In this document: piece after piece, positions 59,598-64,000 of the stretch
Position numbering within the stretch: position 1 is the stretch's first letter
Layout: each line of letters begins with the position of its first letter
Assembly: GCA_052327205.1 (NCBI GenBank)
Contig: CM126228.1
Location: 42,408,001-42,472,000 of the forward strand
Length of the DNA: 64,000 bases
Direction of reading: 5' to 3'
Origin: Somniosus microcephalus
Taxonomy: Eukaryota
Program-made: the position numbers and the translations under genes
The notes under the pieces: model-generated
What the model was told of the DNA's origin: nothing
The model's database searches: none
The model's input: only the letters and a program-made list of their open reading frames with translations

Positions 59598-62063
59598 CTA
59601 AAGGTTCGTGTAAGTAAGTCTATCAGGTGGCCTTGTATGCCGTCCTGATCGTCGTGGTGGCGGCGGTGATGGTGCAGCATCCAACGTTGAATCTGGCGTC
59701 TCATTGAGTGGTTGGGTGGTCAATGACGGGTCCTGGGGCTGCGGCATGCCGTCTACCGGGGTTGGGTTGTGGGTAGTGGTGGATGGCAATGGTAGTATTT
59801 CAGGGGCACCCGAAGGTGCGAGGTCTCGTATGGAGACTGTGTCCTCCCGCAATGGTAGTGTTTCAGGGGCACCCGAAGGTGCGAGGTCTCGTATGGAGAC
59901 TGTGTCCTCCCGCAATGGTAGTGTTTCAGGGGCACCCGAAGGTGCGAGGTCTCGTATGGAGACTGTGTCCTCCCGCCCGTCCGGGTACGCCACGTAAGCA
60001 TACTGGGGGTTGGCGTGGAGGAGGCTCACCCTCTCGATCAGGGGGTCCGTTTTATGGGACCTCACGTGCTTCCGCAGTAGGACGGGTCCTGGAGACGTCA
60101 GCCATGTCGGTAGCGAGGTCCCCGATGTGGACTTCCTGGGGAAAGTGAACATTTTTTCATGGGGGGTGGCATTGGTGGCCGTACAAAGCAGTGACCGAAT
60201 GGAGTGGAGCGCCGCAGGGAGGACCTCCTGCCAGCGAGAGGTCGGAAGGCCCTTAGATTTTAAGTTTAAGAGGACGGCCTTCCAAACCGTCGCGTTCTCT
60301 CTTTCCACCTGGCCGTTCCCCCGGGGGTTGTAGCTGGTGGTTCTGCTTGTAGCAATACCTCTCGTGAGCAGGTACTGACGGAGTTCGTCGCTCATAAAGG
60401 ATGAGCCCCGGTCGCTATGGATATAGCTAGGGAAGCCGAACAAGGCGAAAAGGTCATTCAGACATTTAATGACCGTGGTACTGGTCATGTCCGGGCACGG
60501 GATGGCAAACGGGAAACGGGAGTACTCATCAATTATGTTGAGGAAGTACACGTTGCGGTCAGAGGAGGGGAGGGGCCCTTTAAAATCGACGCTCAGGCGC
60601 TCGAAGGGGCGAGTGGCCTTGATCAGGCTTGCTCTGTCTGGCCTATAAAAATGCGGTTTGCACTCGGCACAGATTTGGCAGTTCCTGGTCATGGTCCTGA
60701 CCTCCTCGATGGAGTAGGGCAGGTTACGGGATTTGATGAAATGGAAGAACCTGGTGACCCCCGGGTGGCAGAGGTCATTGTGGAGGGTCTGCAGTCTATC
60801 GACCTGCGCGTTGGCGCATGTACCACGTGATAGGGCATCTGGGGGCTCATTGAGTTTCCCGGGCCGGTACAAGATATCGTAATTGTAGGTGGAGAGTTCA
60901 ATTCTCCACCTCAAGATCTTGTCGTTCTTGATTTTGCCCCTCTGGTTATTATTAAACATAAAAGCTACTGAACGCTGGTCAGTGAGCAGGGTAAATCGTA
61001 TTCCGGCCAGGTAATGCCTCCAATGTCGCACCGCTTCCACAATGGCCTGGGCCTCCTTTTCGACAGAGGAGTGTCGAATCTCGGGGCCCTGGAGGGTCCT
61101 TGAGAAAAAGGCCACGGGTCTCCCCGCCTGGTTATGGGTTGCTGCTAGGGCGAAGTCGGATGAGTCGCTCTCCACTTGGAAAGGGATGGACTCATCCACT
61201 GCGTGCATTGTGGCCTTCGCAATAGCTTTTTTTATGAGAGTGAAGGCTGCACATGCCTCTGCTGTCAGGGGGAAGGAGGTGGACTTGATGAGGGGTCTGG
61301 CTTTGTCCGCATAGTTGGGCACCCACTGAGCATAGTAAGAGAAAAACCCTAGGCATCTCTTCAGTGCTTTTTGGCAGTGGGGGCGCATTCTGTCGGGGTC
61401 GGGGCCGATGACTCCGTTCTCCACTACGCAGCCAAGAATGGCGAGGCGCGTGGTGCGAAACATACATTTGTCCTTGTTGTATGTTAGATTCAGCCGCTGG
61501 GCCGTACGGAGGAATTTCTCTAGGTTAACATCATGGTCCTGCTGGTCGTGGCCGCAGATAGTGACGTTGTCTAGATAGGGGAAGGTGGCCTGCAGCGCGT
61601 TCTGGTCAACCATTCGGTCCATCTCCCTTTGGAAGACCGAAACCCCGTTGGTGACGCCGAAGGGGACTCGGAGGAAGTGGTAGAGACGACCGTCAGCTTC
61701 AAAAGCTGTGTACTGGCGGTCCTCAGCCCTGATGGGGAGCTGGTGGTATGCCGACTTCAGATCAATCGTCGAGAACACCCGGTATTGTGCTATCTGATTG
61801 ACCATGTCAGATATGCGGGGGAGTGGGTATGCATCTAACTGGGTGTAGCGATTGATCGTCTGGCTGTAGTCAATAACTAGGCGCTGTTTTTCGCCAGTCT
61901 TCACTACCACCACTTGTGCTCGCCATGGGCTAGTGCTACCCTCAATAATCCCTTCCTTCAGGAGTCTTGCTACTTCGGATTTAATGAAGCTCCTATCCCC
62001 GGCACTGTACCGCCTGCTTTTGGTAGCGATGGGCTTACAGTCGCGGGTGAGGTTAGCGAACAA
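59598..62063 (-). CDS. Gypsy Pol: RT, RNase H and integrase
   Basis: SPW, YPLPRI, IDLKSAYHQL, PFG, YLDN; VESDSS..EKEA..TDQ; HPG..CQIC, SVDF, SDRG, PRGNGQVER. Confidence 0.93.
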   Translation of the reverse strand: MFANLTRDCKPIATKSRRYSAGDRSFIKSEVARLLKEGIIEGSTSPWRAQVVVVKTGEKQRLVIDYSQTINRYTQLDAYPLPRISDMVNQIAQYRVFSTIDLKSAYHQLPIRAEDRQYTAFEADGRLYHFLRVPFGVTNGVSVFQREMDRMVDQNALQATFPYLDNVTICGHDQQDHDVNLEKFLRTAQRLNLTYNKDKCMFRTTRLAILGCVVENGVIGPDPDRMRPHCQKALKRCLGFFSYYAQWVPNYADKARPLIKSTSFPLTAEACAAFTLIKKAIAKATMHAVDESIPFQVESDSSDFALAATHNQAGRPVAFFSRTLQGPEIRHSSVEKEAQAIVEAVRHWRHYLAGIRFTLLTDQRSVAFMFNNNQRGKIKNDKILRWRIELSTYNYDILYRPGKLNEPPDALSRGTCANAQVDRLQTLHNDLCHPGVTRFFHFIKSRNLPYSIEEVRTMTRNCQICAECKPHFYRPDRASLIKATRPFERLSVDFKGPLPSSDRNVYFLNIIDEYSRFPFAIPCPDMTSTTVIKCLNDLFALFGFPSYIHSDRGSSFMSDELRQYLLTRGIATSRTTSYNPRGNGQVERENATVWKAVLLNLKSKGLPTSRWQEVLPAALHSIRSLLCTATNATPHEKMFTFPRKSTSGTSLPTWLTSPGPVLLRKHVRSHKTDPLIERVSLLHANPQYAYVAYPDGREDTVSIRDLAPSGAPETLPLREDTVSIRDLAPSGAPETLPLREDTVSIRDLAPSGAPEILPLPSTTTHNPTPVDGMPQPQDPSLTTQPLNETPDSTLDAAPSPPPPRRSGRHTRPPDRLTYTNL

Positions 62064-63556
62064 GGAGGGGGGGGGTAGACTTTAAGCGTGGAGAGGCTGC
62101 AAATGGTGTGCGGCGGGCGATTTAAAAGCTGCTGGTTGCAGACTGTGAGTGGGGGGAGGGGTCCGCCGTACGCTAATGTGACACTTTTAAGGTGGCACCG
62201 AAAATCCAACCCCAGTAGAACGGCAGCGCAGAGATGGGGCAGGACAAGAAGTTTAAAATTTTTGTATTCTGTGCCCCTTACTGAAAGGGTCACTACACAG
62301 TAGCCACCGACGTCTGCTGAATGGGATTTGGAAGCCATAGAGATCCGATGGCGCGTTGGCAGGACCGGGAGAGAGTAACGGCACACCGTGTCGGGGTGGA
62401 TAAAGCTCTCCGTGCTCCCGCTGTCGAAAAGGCAGGTAGTGGTGCGGCCGTTTACCGTAATGTCCATCATGGACCTGGACAGTTGGTGAGGGAAGAGATT
62501 GGTCCAGCGTCACGGAGGCCAGCGTATGGTCGAGCGAGTCGCTGTGGTCGTCAGACGAGGCGGTGGTTGAGTCCGGGTCACCCGCGATTGGAGTTAGAGG
62601 CGTCCAAGATGGTGGACAAAATGGCTGCGCCCATGATCCCGATCCCCACGCAGCTGGAGGTGTCCAAGATGGCGGACAAGATGGCTGCCCCCACGGTTCA
62701 CACGCGGCGCTGCTGGCGTTAGCGGTTTTACCTTTGCAGGCGCTGACGTAGTGTCCTTTCTTCCCGCAGCCAGATAGGTAGCGTTTTTCGCCGGGCAGCG
62801 TGCTCTGGGGTGTTTTGCCTGGCCACAAAAGTAACATTTCGGGCCCTTGGACATCGCTGCAGCAGTTGGTGCCGGGGGTGGCGGTCCCATGACCCAAGGT
62901 TGCGGCGTCCACGGTGCGGAGCGGTTAGGGGAGAATGCGTCCATATTCCGGTGGGCCGCGTCTAGCGAGAGCGCGAGGGACACTGCCTTCTTCAGATCGA
63001 TTTCGCCCTTCTCCAGCAGTCTCTGCCGGGAGTAGTCGGATTTGAGGCCCGCAACGAAGGCATCTTGGATAATTCCCTCCGCGTGTGTCGCGGCCGATAC
63101 CTCTTTACAATCGCAGGCTTGGCCGAGTATCTGTAGTGCCTGTAGGAATGCCTCCACCGATTCCCCGGACTGCTGTTTGCGGGATCTCAGGAGGTGTCTG
63201 GCATAAACCGTATTTACCGGGCGTGTGTATTGTCCTTTTAGCAGATCGATAGCCGCCGTGTAGGTAGTCGCGTCCTGGATGAGCGTGTAGACTTGGTGGC
63301 CCACCTTGGAGGCCAGGATTTTTAGTTTGTTTCCATCTAGTGTCACGGCTGAGGCTTCCAGGTAAGCTTCGAAGCAACGCAGCCATTGTGCGAACTTGGT
63401 AGACGAACCCGCCTCTTGAGGGTCTAGGGCCAGGCATGTTGGTCTGAGGGCATGCAGCAGCGCCTGCTGCTCAGCGTTTGGTGCCGTCGTTTGCTGCAGC
63501 GCCTGCTGCTCAGTGTTTGGTGCAGCAGCCTGCTGCTCAGCGTTTGGTGCCAACAT
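62064..63556 (-). pseudogene. Gypsy gag (two zinc knuckles) and aspartic protease, frameshifted
   Basis: ATG at 63556; CYFCGQAKHPRARC and CGKKGHYVSAC; LFDSGSTESFI..LLGLDF; spread over three ORFs. Confidence 0.88.
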
Positions 63557-64000
63557 TTTGTTTTTGCTAATAAAATTGATGCGCTATCAATTACTCATAA
63601 AAGACGGAGAGTTAGGAGAGTAACTAAAAGGCTTTTATTAGCAAAGAACAGAGCATGCCTCTCGTGGTTGACTGGGTTCCAAGAAGGCAGGGGGCTGCAG
63701 AGCAGTCACCTTTATACCTGGGCCTGTGGGTGGAGCCAGGGGCGGAGCCAGCAGAGGCATGCATAGATACAACAGTGTGCAACAACAACAACGGTGAACA
63801 ACAATAACAGTGGTTTACCACACTTGGCCACTTTGCAACCACGTCTCTCTCATGGCTATTAGATCAAATCTGTTCATTTCTATCTGTGCTATTAAGTCAT
63901 CTATTTTGTTGTGAATACCCAGCCTCTGACCTACTCTAGTAGCCACAGTATTTATGTGGCTGGTCTAGTTAAGTTTCTGGTCAATGGTGACCTCCAGGAT

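Larger units (their letters stand above)
59306..63822 (-). mobile_element. Full-length young Ty3/Gypsy LTR retrotransposon (4517 bp)
   Basis: LTRs 59306-59555 and 63577-63822 (TG..CA; two substitutions and two small indels); 5-bp TSD CTTGG; PPT AAGGGGTGAA; domain order gag-PR-RT-RH-IN. Confidence 0.97.
48708..63912 (-). mobile_element. CR1 copy A (older) fragmented by four insertions; pieces 48708-49455, 53482-54437, 55356-55457, 58351-59305, 63823-63912
   Basis: Consecutive ORF2 segments rejoin across each insertion, e.g. ..AAATACTCTG|CTTTTCTATT.., ..GACACAAA|GTATTTG.., ..CCCAATCTTGG|CCACTTTGCAACC. Confidence 0.88.

Overview
This is eukaryotic DNA, almost certainly from a cartilaginous fish (shark-type CR1 LINEs, HE1-like V-SINEs, SacSINE1-like DeuSINEs, Poseidon-type Penelope ends). 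The window appears to be the intron-dominated interior of one gene on the minus strand, ARNT2 (bHLH-PAS). Four small coding exons of its region after PAS-B join in frame at canonical GT-AG junctions: 47695-47620, 47404-47281, 20629-20530 and 11473-11332. None of these exons appears in the ORF track. Much of the rest is transposon-derived: many CR1 copies, Rex1/Babar, RTE, L2, SINEs, Harbinger, Tigger-like and hAT MITEs, two solo-LTR families, a non-autonomous Helitron, Penelope fragments with a hammerhead ribozyme, and a young full-length Gypsy element at the end of a 15.8-kb nested stack. The most notable observations are: (1) the Gypsy element has no tRNA primer-binding site, has a 13-nt leader segment complementary to its own LTR poly(A) signal, and has a YLDN RT motif; (2) a Penelope insertion with an intact minimal hammerhead; (3) a Helitron carrying promoter-like cargo; (4) three different Tigger-like MITEs that each carry paired RFX X-box palindromes; (5) long inverted CR1 and MITE pairs bracketing ARNT2 exons that could form a stop-free 300-nt circle; (6) an in-phase candidate alternative last exon of ARNT2. 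All family assignments are from motif recognition by eye; no database search was run.
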